Positions 30,344-41,440 of a stretch of 64,000 nucleotides of DNA are shown one piece after another (within the stretch, counting starts at the first letter, position 1; every line of letters begins with the position of its first letter). The stretch covers positions 544,001 to 608,000 of the forward strand of contig CAXXLV010000002.1 in NCBI GenBank assembly GCA_963664305.2, written 5' to 3'. Position numbers and translations under genes: made by a program. Source of the DNA: an uncultured Aliarcobacter sp. (GTDB lineage: Bacteria; Campylobacterota; Campylobacteria; Campylobacterales; Arcobacteraceae). The notes beneath the pieces were generated by a model. The model did no database searches. It saw only the letters and a list, made by a program, of their open reading frames with translations, and was not told the DNA's origin.

Positions 30344-31924
30344 TTATAAAACTGGTCCTGCAGCTGTGAAATCATATTCACTTTCTAAAGTTAAGTATTT
30401 TTTAAAGTTAGTGATATACATTGAAGCTAATTTCTTTTTAGTTTCATCATATGAAGCCTTGTCTTCCCAAGTATTTCTTGGATTTAATACTTCTGTATCA
30501 ACTCCTTGTAAAGTTTTTGGAATAGATAAATTAAATACTGGTAATGTTTCAAATTCAGAATTTTCGATAGAACCATCTAAAATTGCATTGATACATGCTC
30601 TAGTATTTTTAATACTCATTCTTTTTCCAACACCATATGGACCACCCGTCCATCCAGTATTTACTAAATAAACATTTACATTATGTTTATCTATTTTTTT
30701 ACCTAAAAGTTCAGCATAAACAGTAGGATTTAAAGGTAAAAATGCTTCTCCAAAACATGAAGAGAAAGTAGCAATTGGTTCAGTAATTCCTCTTTCAGTT
30801 CCTGCAACTTTTGCAGTATAACCACTTAAGAAGTAGTACATAGCTTGTTGTTTATCAAGTTTTGCAACAGGAGGTAAAACTCCAAATGCATCAGCACATA
30901 AGAAAATTATATTTTTGGGATGACCACCTCTCATATCTGGAGTGTGATTTGGGATATGATCTAATGGATAAGAAACTCTTGTATTTTCTGTTTTTGAACC
31001 ATCTGTATAATCAACAACACCATTTTCATCAGCTACAACATTTTCTAAAATAGCACCTTTTTTAATAGCGTTAAAAATTTCTGGCTCACTAGATTTATCT
31101 AAGTTAATAACTTTAGCGTAACAACCACCTTCAAAGTTGAAAATTCCTTCATCATCCCAACCATGTTCGTCATCACCAATTAAAGCTCTATTTGGATCTG
31201 TAGAAAGAGTAGTTTTACCTGTTCCTGATAATCCAAAGAATAAAGCTGTATCACCATCTTTACCGATATTCGCAGAACAATGCATTGGTAATTTACCTTC
31301 TAAAGGAAGCCAGTAATTCATCATTGAGAATACACCTTTTTTCATTTCACCTGCATACCAAGTTCCACCAATAATTGCTGTATTTTCTTCAACATTAAAT
31401 ATTACATAAACTTCTGAGTGTAAACCATGACTAACATAAGCCATATCAACTGTTTTACAAGAGTTGTAAATTGTAAAATCAGGTTTAAAATTGTCTAATT
31501 CTTCTTGAGTTTGAGGAACAATAAACATATTTTGAATAAAATGTGCTTGCCACGCAACTTCAGTTATAAATCTAACTGATTTTCTTGAATCAAGAGAAGC
31601 TCCACAATAAACATCAGTAACAAAAATATCTTTATTACTTAATTGTTTTTTTGAATTCTTTAATAAATCTTCATAAACTTCTTTAGAAACTTTGTGGTTA
31701 ATATCACCCCATGCAATATATTTATTTGATGGATCTTGATTTACAAAGAATTTATCTTTAGGACTTCTTCCTGTAAATATACCTGTATCAATCATTAAAG
31801 CACCAGTAGAAGATACTTTAGCACCTTCATTTTCTACAGCATATTTGATTAATGAATCTACATCTAAATTTCTTTTTACAATTCCAACGTTTTCTAAACC
31901 TAATGAGTCTTTAATTTCAGACAT
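30344..31924 (-). CDS. pckA: Phosphoenolpyruvate carboxykinase (ATP)
   Basis: [42 protein letters not shown]. Confidence 0.98.
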   Translation of the reverse strand: MSEIKDSLGLENVGIVKRNLDVDSLIKYAVENEGAKVSSTGALMIDTGIFTGRSPKDKFFVNQDPSNKYIAWGDINHKVSKEVYEDLLKNSKKQLSNKDIFVTDVYCGASLDSRKSVRFITEVAWQAHFIQNMFIVPQTQEELDNFKPDFTIYNSCKTVDMAYVSHGLHSEVYVIFNVEENTAIIGGTWYAGEMKKGVFSMMNYWLPLEGKLPMHCSANIGKDGDTALFFGLSGTGKTTLSTDPNRALIGDDEHGWDDEGIFNFEGGCYAKVINLDKSSEPEIFNAIKKGAILENVVADENGVVDYTDGSKTENTRVSYPLDHIPNHTPDMRGGHPKNIIFLCADAFGVLPPVAKLDKQQAMYYFLSGYTAKVAGTERGITEPIATFSSCFGEAFLPLNPTVYAELLGKKIDKHNVNVYLVNTGWTGGPYGVGKRMSIKNTRACINAILDGSIENSEFETLPVFNLSIPKTLQGVDTEVLNPRNTWEDKASYDETKKKLASMYITNFKKYLTLESEYDFTAAGPVL

Positions 31925-31953
31925 AATTTAACTTTCCTACTTGTTAATTTTAA

Positions 31954-33279
31954 TTATTTAAATATCGATAAAAGGACACCAGCAGCAACTGCTGAACCAA
32001 TAACACCAGCCACATTAGGACCCATCGCATGCATTAATAAAATGTTCGATTTGTCATAAAGTTGACCTTCTTTACTAACAACCCTTGCTGCCATTGGCAC
32101 AGCAGATACTCCAGCTGCTCCAATTAAAGGATTTATTTGACTCTCTTTTGAACTTACTAAATTCATGATTTTTGCCATTATTACACCCATTGCAGTTCCT
32201 GCAGCAAATGCTAAAAGACCAATTGCCATAATACCTAATGTCTCAGCTACTAAGAATTGCTCTGATGCTAGTTTTGAACCAACACCTAATCCTAAAAATA
32301 TTGTTACAATATTAATTAATGCGTTTTGCATTGTATCAGAAAGTCTATCAACAACTCCTGATTCCCTTGCAAAATTTCCAAAACATAATGCTCCAATTAA
32401 TGGTGCAGCATCTGGTAAAATTAATAAAGTTAAAGATAATACCACTAATGGAAATACAATTTTTTCTAACTTAGAAACCTTTCTAAGTGTAGACATTTTT
32501 ATTTTTCTCTCTTTTTCAGTAGTTAATACTCTCATAATTGGTGGTTGAATTAGTGGTACTAATGCCATATATGAATAAGCAGCAACAGCAATAGCTCCAA
32601 GTAATTCAGGTGCAAGTTTTGAAGCAACGAAAATTGATGTTGGTCCATCAGCTCCACCAATAATAGAAATTGCAGCAGCTTGTTCTAATGTAAAGTTAAT
32701 TCCTGGAACAAATTGTGCTAATAACACTGCACCAACTAATGATCCAAAGATTCCAAATTGTGCAGCTCCACCTAATAATGCAGTTTTTGGATTAGCTAAT
32801 AATGGACCAAAGTCTGTCATAGCTCCAACACCCATAAAGATTAATAATGGGAAGAATTGATTTGTAATACCCATACTATAAATAATTCCTAACATTCCAT
32901 CATGTCCTGCCATATTTGCTATAGGAATATTTGCTAATAATCCACCAAATCCAATAGGAATTAATAATAATGGTTCAAACCCTTTTTTAATTGCTAAATA
33001 GAATAATAAGAAACAGATGAAAATCATGATGATTCTTCCATACCCTTGAGCAAAGAATGTCATCTCTTTTCCATGTGAATCTAATACACCAGCTTGCGGT
33101 TCAAACAAGGCTTTAATACCAGTTGTTGCATAAAACGAATCAACTAGTTCACCCATTGTTTTTGAATGATAAGGCTGTTTTTCTTCTGTTGGTGTTTCAA
33201 CACTTGGTGTTGAAGCAAAACTATTTAGTGCAAATGCACTAAATAGAAGAAAAATTGCTATTAATATATTTTTTTTCAT
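31954..33279 (-). CDS. oadB: Na+-translocating decarboxylase beta subunit
   Basis: [44 protein letters not shown]. Confidence 0.95.
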   Translation of the reverse strand: MKKNILIAIFLLFSAFALNSFASTPSVETPTEEKQPYHSKTMGELVDSFYATTGIKALFEPQAGVLDSHGKEMTFFAQGYGRIIMIFICFLLFYLAIKKGFEPLLLIPIGFGGLLANIPIANMAGHDGMLGIIYSMGITNQFFPLLIFMGVGAMTDFGPLLANPKTALLGGAAQFGIFGSLVGAVLLAQFVPGINFTLEQAAAISIIGGADGPTSIFVASKLAPELLGAIAVAAYSYMALVPLIQPPIMRVLTTEKERKIKMSTLRKVSKLEKIVFPLVVLSLTLLILPDAAPLIGALCFGNFARESGVVDRLSDTMQNALINIVTIFLGLGVGSKLASEQFLVAETLGIMAIGLLAFAAGTAMGVIMAKIMNLVSSKESQINPLIGAAGVSAVPMAARVVSKEGQLYDKSNILLMHAMGPNVAGVIGSAVAAGVLLSIFK

Positions 33280-33296
33280 TAATTACCCTCAAATTA

Positions 33297-35111
33297 TTAA
33301 CCAATAATGGCTAATGTTTGTCCTTCATCAACAGCTTGTGTATTTTCAACTAAAATCTTAGTAATAACTCCAGAAACTGGTGCAGTTATATCTATTTCCA
33401 TTTTCATTGCTTCAAGAATCATGATTTGTTGATCTTTTTCAACTCTATCACCTTCTTTTACTAAAATTTTCCAAACAGCTCCATTTACAGCAGCTGGTAC
33501 TTCAGTTCCACCATTTGAAGCAGGTGTTGAAGCAGCAGGTGCTGAACTTACTGTATTTGAAACAGGAGTTACTTGAATATCTGCATTTCCTTCAGCAATT
33601 GTTACATTAAATCTTTGTCCATCAACTACAACTGTATAGTTTCCACTAGCATTTGCCATTTTATTCTCTCCTAATTTACAATCTTTATTATCTTCACAAA
33701 CAGTATCATTTTTTCTTACATTTAAAGGTGATTCACCTTTTAAGAATGCAATTCCTTTTTCATCACAAGCAGCAGCAATAAAGATATTTTCTTCAGTTGC
33801 TTCAATTCCTTCAATTTCTAATCTTTGTTTCCAAACAGAGATTTTTTTCTTTTCATCTCTATCTGCGATATCTAAAGGATTTTCACATGTAGGTTCAAGT
33901 TTTAGTTTTTCAGCTGCAAGTCTTACTACTTCAGCATCTGGTTCAACTGGAGTTTTACCAAAGTAACCTAAAACCATTTTTCCATAACCAGGAGCAATTT
34001 GTTTCCATGGACCAAACATAACATTTGCGTATGCTTGTTGCCAATAGAATTGTGAAACTGGAGTTACAGATGTACCATATCCACCTTTTTCAACAACTTC
34101 TCTCATAGCTTTAATAACTTCTGGGAATTTATCTAAAGTTCCATTATCTCTCATCATTTGAGTATTTGCAGTTAATGCACCACCTGGCATTGGAGAGAAT
34201 GGAATTAAAGGAGAAACTTGTGTAGCTTCTGGTGGGATAAAGTAATCTTTTAAGCAGTTAGCTAATACATCTTGGTATTTTAGAATTTTATCAATTTCTA
34301 AACCACCTAAATCGTAGTTTTTACCTTTTACTGCATGAAGCATAGTTAAAATATCTGGTTGAGAAGTTCCACCACTAACAGGAGAGGCAGCTAAATCTAT
34401 ACCATCAGCTCCAGCTTCTAAAGCTGCTAAATAACAAGATACAGAAACACCAGCTGTTTCATGAGTATGAAGTCTAATATGAGTATCATTACCCACTAAT
34501 CTTCTTGCCATTTGGATTGTTTCATAAATTTTTTGAGGAGATGAAGTACCTGATGCATCTTTAAAGCATAAAGAATCAAATGGTAACCCACTATCAAGAA
34601 TATTTCTTAAAGTTTTTTCATAGAAAGGTACATCATGAGCACCAGTACAACCTGGAGGTAAATCCATAAGTGTAACAACTACTTCATGGTTAAGACCATA
34701 TTTTTTAATACATTCAGCACTATATTCAAGATTTTGAACATCATTTAATGCATCAAAGTTTCTAATTGTTGTTGTTCCATGTTTTGCAAACATTTTTGCA
34801 TGTAAGTCGATTAATTCTCTAGAACCAGTATCAAGCATTACAGTGTTGATACCTCTAGCTAAAGTTTGTAAGTTTGCATCTGGTCCAACGATTTCTCTAA
34901 ATTTGTCCATCATTTCAAATGCGTTTTCTTGTAGATAGAAGAATAAAGATTGGAATCTTGCTCCTCCACCAAACTCAAAGTGAGTTATACCTGCTTCTTT
35001 TGCAGCTTCTACGGCTGGAAAGAAATCTTTCATTAGGACTCTTCCCCCAAAGACAGATTGGAATCCATCTCTAAAAGTTGTATCCATGATATCTATATAT
35101 TTTTTAGACAT
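33297..35111 (-). CDS. oadA: Oxaloacetate decarboxylase alpha / pyruvate carboxylase B-like subunit with biotin carrier
   Basis: DTTFRDGFQS, HTH metal site, MPGG, VTPVSQ, EAMKM biotinylation motif. Confidence 0.88.
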   Translation of the reverse strand: MSKKYIDIMDTTFRDGFQSVFGGRVLMKDFFPAVEAAKEAGITHFEFGGGARFQSLFFYLQENAFEMMDKFREIVGPDANLQTLARGINTVMLDTGSRELIDLHAKMFAKHGTTTIRNFDALNDVQNLEYSAECIKKYGLNHEVVVTLMDLPPGCTGAHDVPFYEKTLRNILDSGLPFDSLCFKDASGTSSPQKIYETIQMARRLVGNDTHIRLHTHETAGVSVSCYLAALEAGADGIDLAASPVSGGTSQPDILTMLHAVKGKNYDLGGLEIDKILKYQDVLANCLKDYFIPPEATQVSPLIPFSPMPGGALTANTQMMRDNGTLDKFPEVIKAMREVVEKGGYGTSVTPVSQFYWQQAYANVMFGPWKQIAPGYGKMVLGYFGKTPVEPDAEVVRLAAEKLKLEPTCENPLDIADRDEKKKISVWKQRLEIEGIEATEENIFIAAACDEKGIAFLKGESPLNVRKNDTVCEDNKDCKLGENKMANASGNYTVVVDGQRFNVTIAEGNADIQVTPVSNTVSSAPAASTPASNGGTEVPAAVNGAVWKILVKEGDRVEKDQQIMILEAMKMEIDITAPVSGVITKILVENTQAVDEGQTLAIIG

Positions 35112-35116
35112 ATATT

Positions 35117-35365
35117 TTAACCCTTCAGATTTTTATGATGTTGTATTGCTGCTACTATTGCAGCCATTTTTGCAGCTTCAGTTTTTCCGTTATTTGTTAC
35201 TATTGGAGTATTATTTACTGGTTTCTTTTCTTCTTGTGGAAAAAACTTTGTTAATATTATCCCTTGTGCTTTTAGTACAAATATCATTATTGTTAGGAAT
35301 GCAAATACTACTCCCATCCCTAAAAACATAAACTTTACTGATTCTGCGATTAAGTTTACTTCCAT
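35117..35365 (-). CDS. oadG: OadG-family gamma subunit
   Basis: LGMGVVFAFL TM, C-terminal AAIVAAIQHH; GGAG RBS before ATG 35365. Confidence 0.88.
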   Translation of the reverse strand: MEVNLIAESVKFMFLGMGVVFAFLTIMIFVLKAQGIILTKFFPQEEKKPVNNTPIVTNNGKTEAAKMAAIVAAIQHHKNLKG

Positions 35366-35484
35366 ATTATTCTCCATGGTTACCACTTGTTAATATCAAC
35401 GTAATAATATATAAAAGTTGCTTTAGTAATATTTATATTTTTGATAGATTTTTACTAAATTTATAAATTTTTTGTTTTTTTTGA

Positions 35485-35580
35485 TTAAAGGATTTTATCA
35501 CCAAACTCATAAATAAATGTATCAATTATTTTAATAAATTTAATTACATTGTCTTTTGTTTTATTTATTTTCATTACCAT
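35485..35580 (-). CDS. Candidate 31-aa micro-ORF divergent from the S24 repressor
   Basis: AAGGA RBS then MVMKINKTKDNVIKFIKIIDTFIYEFGDKIL*. Confidence 0.3.
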   Translation of the reverse strand: MVMKINKTKDNVIKFIKIIDTFIYEFGDKIL

Positions 35581-35634
35581 AAATCATCCTTTTAAATAAA
35601 ATATTTCAAATTTTATAAAAAAAATAAAATACAC

Positions 35635-35663
35635 TTGAAAAATATTTCAATTTGTAATATAAT
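35635..35663 (+). promoter_or_regulatory. Sigma70 promoter with embedded palindrome (candidate autorepressor operator)
   Basis: TTGAAA-17 nt-TATAAT; ATATTTCAA-T-TTGTAATAT at 35642-35660. Confidence 0.6.
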
Positions 35664-35693
35664 TATTTAAAGAATACATCAAAAGGAGTTAAA

Positions 35694-36350
35694 ATGTTAA
35701 TAGTTGATGAAATTATAGAAAAGTTAAAAGATATAATTAGTGCAGATGGAAAGAATGGAAAAGTATTTGATAAAGATGTTGCAGAATCTCTTGAATTAAG
35801 CCAAGCAAATTTTGCAACTATGAAAAATAGAGGAAAAATACCTTTTTCAAATATTTTAAACTTTTGTGCAAAAAAGAAGATATCAATTAATTGGCTTTTA
35901 TATAACCAAAATCCAGGTTCATTAGTGGATACTACTGATAAGTATTGGATTAAATACTATCCTTCTATTGCTGTTAGTGCTGGAGGTGGAGCTTATGAAG
36001 CAGAAGATAATTATGAATCTTTAGAATTACCAACATATTTTGTAAATATGTTAGGAGGAAAAGAAAATTTAAAAAATATTGATGCCATAAATGTTGTGGG
36101 TGATTCAATGGAACCAACATTAAATAGTGATAATATTATATTTGTTGATAAAACAAAAAAAGATGTGACAAGAGATGGAATTTATGCTTTTACTACTACT
36201 CATGGATTATTTGTAAAAAGAATTCAAAGACGTGTAGATGGAAAACTTGATATTATTTCTGATAATAAAGATTATCCATCTCAAATATTAAATAAAAATG
36301 ATTTAGAAATTTTAGGAAAAGTGATAAGCTCTTTTGGATTAGTATATTAA
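35694..36350 (+). CDS. CI/LexA-like transcriptional regulator with S24 peptidase domain
   Basis: N-terminal HTH (DVAESLELSQANFATMKNRG...INWLL), SAG cleavage site, VVGDSMEP Ser, FVKR Lys. Confidence 0.9.
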   Translation: MLIVDEIIEKLKDIISADGKNGKVFDKDVAESLELSQANFATMKNRGKIPFSNILNFCAKKKISINWLLYNQNPGSLVDTTDKYWIKYYPSIAVSAGGGAYEAEDNYESLELPTYFVNMLGGKENLKNIDAINVVGDSMEPTLNSDNIIFVDKTKKDVTRDGIYAFTTTHGLFVKRIQRRVDGKLDIISDNKDYPSQILNKNDLEILGKVISSFGLVY

Positions 36351-36351
36351 T

Positions 36352-37350
36352 CTAGAAGAGTGTTAAAACTTTTTCTGATTTCATAAAATATTCATATACT
36401 TCTTTATAATCAAAACCTATAATATAAATACAATTGAATTTTAAATCTTTAATTATAGGTTTTAATTTTTCTAAATCATCAATTATAATTTGTTCTTCAT
36501 CTTCTAAAAAATCTATTTTAAGAGCTGATATAAAAATTGTTTTTGCGTATTTATATTTTTCTTTTATATAGATAATTTCATCTTGATATAACTCTTTATT
36601 ATTTTGACAAATTATAAATTTATCACTTTTCCCAAATTCAATTAAATTAAGATTTTTATCTAAAAATAGGGGCTTTAAATGATAAAAAGATTTTAATTTA
36701 GAAAAATCTAAATTTTGATTAAATAAATTAAAAATTCTAATAAAATTTTTTAAATATAAGCTAGAAATCTTTAATCTTGAAAAATAATTACCTTTATATG
36801 AAAAAGAAGTTTCAAATAAAGAGTGTTCAATTAAATTGTCAATTTCATTTAAATTTATAGTTTTGTCAAAATTAAAACAATTTGGATATATTTTATCTAG
36901 ATTGTTTTTATCAGATGAAATTAAAATATCATTATTTTCAATATCATCAATAATTTTAAAAAAATTTTCTAGTTTTTGAGGTACTAATTTTATATTTTCA
37001 TCAAAATTATTTGAATAAATTTTTAATAAATCATAAGTAGCTTTTTCACAATAATAGACTTCAAGATTTTTAACTGCAAGTTTAAATCTTATTAATTTTA
37101 CGACAGATAATTCTATATTTTTAACCTTTATCCAAGCTATTTCATTATCTATTATTGGATAATTCTCTTCTAAAATTATTGCAAATGCACCATTTTTAAT
37201 TGCAAGTTCAATTTCATCTAAATTTTTAGTGATAAATAAATCACCTTCTTTAACTTTATTTACATTTGTTTTGATTGAATATATAAAAGAGATTGATGGA
37301 GAGTTTAATAAACTTCCATCAACTATATCTAAAATAGATGAAATCTGCAC
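36352..37350 (-). CDS. Conserved hypothetical protein with Mur-ligase-like N-terminus
   Basis: KVKEGDLF...AIKNGAFAII; coupled to the metG stop. Confidence 0.65.
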   Translation of the reverse strand: MQISSILDIVDGSLLNSPSISFIYSIKTNVNKVKEGDLFITKNLDEIELAIKNGAFAIILEENYPIIDNEIAWIKVKNIELSVVKLIRFKLAVKNLEVYYCEKATYDLLKIYSNNFDENIKLVPQKLENFFKIIDDIENNDILISSDKNNLDKIYPNCFNFDKTINLNEIDNLIEHSLFETSFSYKGNYFSRLKISSLYLKNFIRIFNLFNQNLDFSKLKSFYHLKPLFLDKNLNLIEFGKSDKFIICQNNKELYQDEIIYIKEKYKYAKTIFISALKIDFLEDEEQIIIDDLEKLKPIIKDLKFNCIYIIGFDYKEVYEYFMKSEKVLTLF

Positions 37351-39308
37351 TAGCTTATTTTTGTCCCAGATTTTTTAGGAGCTTCTGGTCTTAATAATGA
37401 TAAACCATTTTCATCTTTGGCTGCCATTAACATACCTTCACTAAGCATTCCCATAAGTTTTGCAGGTTTTAAGTTTGCAACAACACAAGCTTGAGTCCCT
37501 ACTAATTCTCCAGCAGAATAATATTCTTTAATCCCAGCTAAGATTTGTCTATTTCTTCCTTCTCCTAAATCTACTTGTAATTTTAGAAGTTTTGCAGATT
37601 TTGGAACTTCAACTGCCTCAACAATTGTTCCAATTTTTAAAGTTGTTTGGAAAAATTGGTCTATAGTAATTAAATTATCATCTTCTTCTTTTTTCTCTTC
37701 AATTTTTGCAACTTTTTTTGTTTCACATTCAGCTTTTGTTTCATCTGCAACAGGAGGTTGTTCTAAAAGAATTTCTTCAATTCTTGGGAATAGCTGATCA
37801 ACTTTTGTTATAACTGTATCAGATAATAATTCTTGATTTTTTATTAGTTTATTAAAAGTTTCAGTATCAATATTCATACCTAAAGAATGTGCTATTAATT
37901 TAATTTTTTCAGGCATTACAGAATCTAAAAGTAGGGCAACTTTAGCCATAATATTTGTAATTAAAGCAACTAAAGCCATTGCTTCAGCAGTTTTTCCATC
38001 TTTCATTAGATTCCAAGGTTCATAATCATTAATTGCTTTATTAGCAATTGTTAAAACTTTCCAAATTTCTTCAAGATATCTGTTAATTTGCATATTAAAT
38101 AAGTAGTTTTCAACACTTCCTAAAATAGAATGAACTTCTTCAAGTTCTTTTGCATGGAATTTTGATACATCAACTGAACTAACTTTGTAATCAAAATATT
38201 TTCCACTCATTCCAGAAATTCTATTTAATAAGTTTCCTAAATCATTTCCTAAATCAGAGTTAATTCTATCAATTAGTGCTTTTTGAGAAAAATCTCCATC
38301 TTGACCAAATGGAACTTCTCTTAACATAAAATATCTAAATGCATCAAGTCCATAAGCATCAGCTACTTCTTTAGGATTTACTACATTACCTTTTGATTTA
38401 GACATTTTTTCACCATCTCTTGTCCACCAACCATGAGCTGCAATATGTTTTGGAAGAGGTAATTCCAAAGACATTAAAAATGCTGGCCAATAAATAGCAT
38501 GGAATCTTAAGATATCTTTTCCTACAAGTTGAACATTCGCTGGCCAGAAATCCATATTTTTATTGTCAGTCCCATATCCTAAAGCCGTGATATAGTTCAT
38601 AAGTGCATCTAACCAAACATACATAACATGTTTTGGTTCATTCATTGATTCTGGTAATTTTACTCCCCAGTCAAAAGAAGTTCTTGAAATTGATAAATCT
38701 TTTAATCCACCTTTTACAAAGTTAACTATCTCATTTTTTTTACTTCTTGGTAAGATACAATCTTCATTTTCTTCATACCATTTGATTAATTTATCTTCAT
38801 ATTTTGATAATTTAAAGAAGTAACTCTCTTCCTTTACTATTGAAGTTGGTCTTCCACAATCAGGACAGAATTGCTCATCTACTAATTGTTTTTCAGTAAA
38901 AAATGTTTCACAAGATACACAGTAAAAACCTTCGTATTCACCTTTGTAAATGTCACCTTTATTAAACATTGTTTCAAATGCTTTTTGAACACCAGCTTTA
39001 TGCTCAACATCTGTTGTTCTAATAAATTTATTATATGTTATACCAAAATCATCCCATAACGTTCTAAATTTACCAGATATTTCATCTGCATACTCTTTTG
39101 GAGTTTTACCTCTAGCTTCTGCACTTTGTGCTATTTTTTGACCATGTTCATCAGTTCCTGTTAGAAAAAATGTCTCATGACCCATAAGTCTTGAATATCT
39201 AGCTAGCATATCAGCGATAATTGTCGTATATGCATGACCAATGTGAGCTACATCATTTACATAATAAATTGGTGTTGTTATATAAACATTTTTACAAGAT
39301 TCTTGCAT
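37350..39308 (-). CDS. metG: Methionine--tRNA ligase
   Basis: HIGH, KMSKS, zinc knuckle CVSC/CPDC, C-terminal tRNA-binding domain. Confidence 0.98.
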   Translation of the reverse strand: MQESCKNVYITTPIYYVNDVAHIGHAYTTIIADMLARYSRLMGHETFFLTGTDEHGQKIAQSAEARGKTPKEYADEISGKFRTLWDDFGITYNKFIRTTDVEHKAGVQKAFETMFNKGDIYKGEYEGFYCVSCETFFTEKQLVDEQFCPDCGRPTSIVKEESYFFKLSKYEDKLIKWYEENEDCILPRSKKNEIVNFVKGGLKDLSISRTSFDWGVKLPESMNEPKHVMYVWLDALMNYITALGYGTDNKNMDFWPANVQLVGKDILRFHAIYWPAFLMSLELPLPKHIAAHGWWTRDGEKMSKSKGNVVNPKEVADAYGLDAFRYFMLREVPFGQDGDFSQKALIDRINSDLGNDLGNLLNRISGMSGKYFDYKVSSVDVSKFHAKELEEVHSILGSVENYLFNMQINRYLEEIWKVLTIANKAINDYEPWNLMKDGKTAEAMALVALITNIMAKVALLLDSVMPEKIKLIAHSLGMNIDTETFNKLIKNQELLSDTVITKVDQLFPRIEEILLEQPPVADETKAECETKKVAKIEEKKEEDDNLITIDQFFQTTLKIGTIVEAVEVPKSAKLLKLQVDLGEGRNRQILAGIKEYYSAGELVGTQACVVANLKPAKLMGMLSEGMLMAAKDENGLSLLRPEAPKKSGTKIS

Positions 39309-39322
39309 TCTTACCTCTTTTT

Positions 39323-39529
39323 TTAAAATTCAAATCCACCGCCAGAACCTTTATTCATCGATTCATAAACAGCAATAACATATTTTTTTCTTAATTCACA
39401 TTCAAAAAATTGACTACAAGGAGTACAAGATTTTAAACTATTTGATTCTTGACAATTTTTCAATTCAACTAGCATTTTATCTAGTTTTAAATCCCATTCG
39501 TCAATTATAATTTCTTCGTGATCAGACAT
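39323..39529 (-). CDS. Small four-Cys hypothetical protein
   Basis: CQ...SCTPC...EC; ends GGFEF; lies between fbp and metG. Confidence 0.7.
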   Translation of the reverse strand: MSDHEEIIIDEWDLKLDKMLVELKNCQESNSLKSCTPCSQFFECELRKKYVIAVYESMNKGSGGGFEF

Positions 39530-40364
39530 TTTTACTATAAACTTCTAAAACTCTTTTAATTTCAGTATTTGAACCAAAAAAACATGGAGTTGTATCATGA
39601 ATATGAGTAGTTTCTACTTCTAAAACTCTTTTAAATCCATCAACAGCTTGCCCACCAGCTTTTTCATAAGCTAATGCAAATGGGAAAACTTCAAATAATT
39701 GTCTTAATTTACCTTTTGGTCTATCACTTGTTCCTGGATATGAGAATAATCCTCCACCTTTTAGTAATATTTGATGAAGATCTGGAACCATACCACCAGA
39801 ATATCTTAATCTATAACCATCATTGAAAATATCATCAATTAATTGTTTATGAAATGGTGCCCAACAGTTTTGAGTAGAACCTGGAGCATTTAATTTACCT
39901 TTTTCATTTAATTTAATATTTTGAATAAATTTAAATTCACCATTTAATAATCTATACATTTTTACATCTGTTGTAGTTACAACCATTTCAACTCTTGGAC
40001 CAAATACAACATAAACAGAAGCAACTATATTTTTTGCATTAAATTCATTTTCATAAATACCAAAAATTGAACCAACTGAAAGATTTACGTCAACTAAAGA
40101 TGAACCATCAAGTGGATCATAAGCAATTAGATATTTACCATCTTCATGTAAATTAACTATAGCTTCTTGCTCTTCACTAACTATTGCTTTAATACTTGGA
40201 ATTTTTTTGAAAATATTCTCAATAATCTCATCACTTTCAATATCAAGTTTTAATTGCGTATCACCAGTTGAGTTTTCAGATTCACTTTTCCCTGTATCAC
40301 CTGTTTCAATTAAATATTTTATTTTTATAGCTGATTCTTCAATTGCTTTAATTATTTCTTGCAT
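39522..40364 (-). CDS. fbp: Class 1 fructose-1,6-bisphosphatase
   Basis: [25 protein letters not shown]. Confidence 0.96.
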   Translation of the reverse strand: MQEIIKAIEESAIKIKYLIETGDTGKSESENSTGDTQLKLDIESDEIIENIFKKIPSIKAIVSEEQEAIVNLHEDGKYLIAYDPLDGSSLVDVNLSVGSIFGIYENEFNAKNIVASVYVVFGPRVEMVVTTTDVKMYRLLNGEFKFIQNIKLNEKGKLNAPGSTQNCWAPFHKQLIDDIFNDGYRLRYSGGMVPDLHQILLKGGGLFSYPGTSDRPKGKLRQLFEVFPFALAYEKAGGQAVDGFKRVLEVETTHIHDTTPCFFGSNTEIKRVLEVYSKNV

Positions 40365-40366
40365 TT

Positions 40367-40864
40367 TTACACTCTTTTTGCATTTTTATTTATCCAAGAG
40401 ATTAAATCTTCTGGATTATTTAAATCTAATTTTTCAATATTGTTTGGAATATCATTTTCATCAATAGTTTCATCACAAGCAATTGCATCTGTTACATTAA
40501 AATAACTTTCATCTAATCTATCTCTAAAAATTGAAATTCTAGGAAGTTCTAAAGTTTTTAATCCTTCAACTAATAAATAATCAAAATCTTCAAAAAGTTC
40601 TATTAATTCATCAATTGTAGATGTAGATTTTTTAAATAAAGTTGTTTTATTTGGGCTTACAACTGCAACGTCAGCACCTGTTTGAGAAAATTTAAAGGAA
40701 TCTTTTCCTTCTCTATCAAACATAGCTTTATCTTTTGGATCATGTTTTACAATACATACTTTAAAACCTTGATCTTGAAGAATACTTGCAACTTTTACAA
40801 TGGCTGTTGTTTTACCACTATTTGATGGTCCTGAAAAGGCTACTACTAATCTTTTTTTATTCAT
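40367..40864 (-). CDS. mobB: Molybdopterin-guanine dinucleotide biosynthesis protein B
   Basis: [23 protein letters not shown]. Confidence 0.92.
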   Translation of the reverse strand: MNKKRLVVAFSGPSNSGKTTAIVKVASILQDQGFKVCIVKHDPKDKAMFDREGKDSFKFSQTGADVAVVSPNKTTLFKKSTSTIDELIELFEDFDYLLVEGLKTLELPRISIFRDRLDESYFNVTDAIACDETIDENDIPNNIEKLDLNNPEDLISWINKNAKRV

Positions 40865-40916
40865 AAGTCGGATTTTATCTAAATGATTGTTAAACTTAAT
40901 TTACATCAGAAATATA

Positions 40917-41303
40917 TTATTCTTTTATTGTTTGTATTCTTTTAAAATCAGGATAAACAAAAGCACTAAAAGGAACAAATAAAATTAAAGTAATCCAAAG
41001 AAGTTTATTATTTTTTCTTTTAAAATTATTTTTTAAAATAGAAAATAATGAATATAACCAAACAACTATGTAATTTATTGCAAAAATTATAATAAATATT
41101 AAAATTTGAAAATAGAAAGCAAGTCCTAATAATAAGCTATTTAAAATAATTTGAATGATTAAAAGTTTTGGAGTATATTTTTCACTCATCTCTATATAAC
41201 CTGAGTTCATAATATTTGAATATGTAATTTCAGGTGAGTTTTTTCTTAAACTACTTCGTAATCTACCGTTTAATTTAATTCTTTCATTTTTAGTTTTTAT
41301 CAT
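40917..41303 (-). CDS. Hypothetical membrane protein
   Basis: Three hydrophobic segments; C-terminus resembles PLDc_N. Confidence 0.6.
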   Translation of the reverse strand: MIKTKNERIKLNGRLRSSLRKNSPEITYSNIMNSGYIEMSEKYTPKLLIIQIILNSLLLGLAFYFQILIFIIIFAINYIVVWLYSLFSILKNNFKRKNNKLLWITLILFVPFSAFVYPDFKRIQTIKE

Positions 41304-41440
41304 AGTTAATTCTTTAGTTTATTTTATTATTTATTAAAAATTATTATTTTTTCCATCATACCATTTTTTTGTTAATTTTTTATAAAAATATTTTTTAAAG
41401 CCTTTGTAGTGTAAAATCAGACCAATAAAAGTTTGGAGAG

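Noticed and set aside
35694..36350. Prophage around the CI-like repressor
   Set aside because: Both flanks are housekeeping genes; there are no structural, replication or integrase genes
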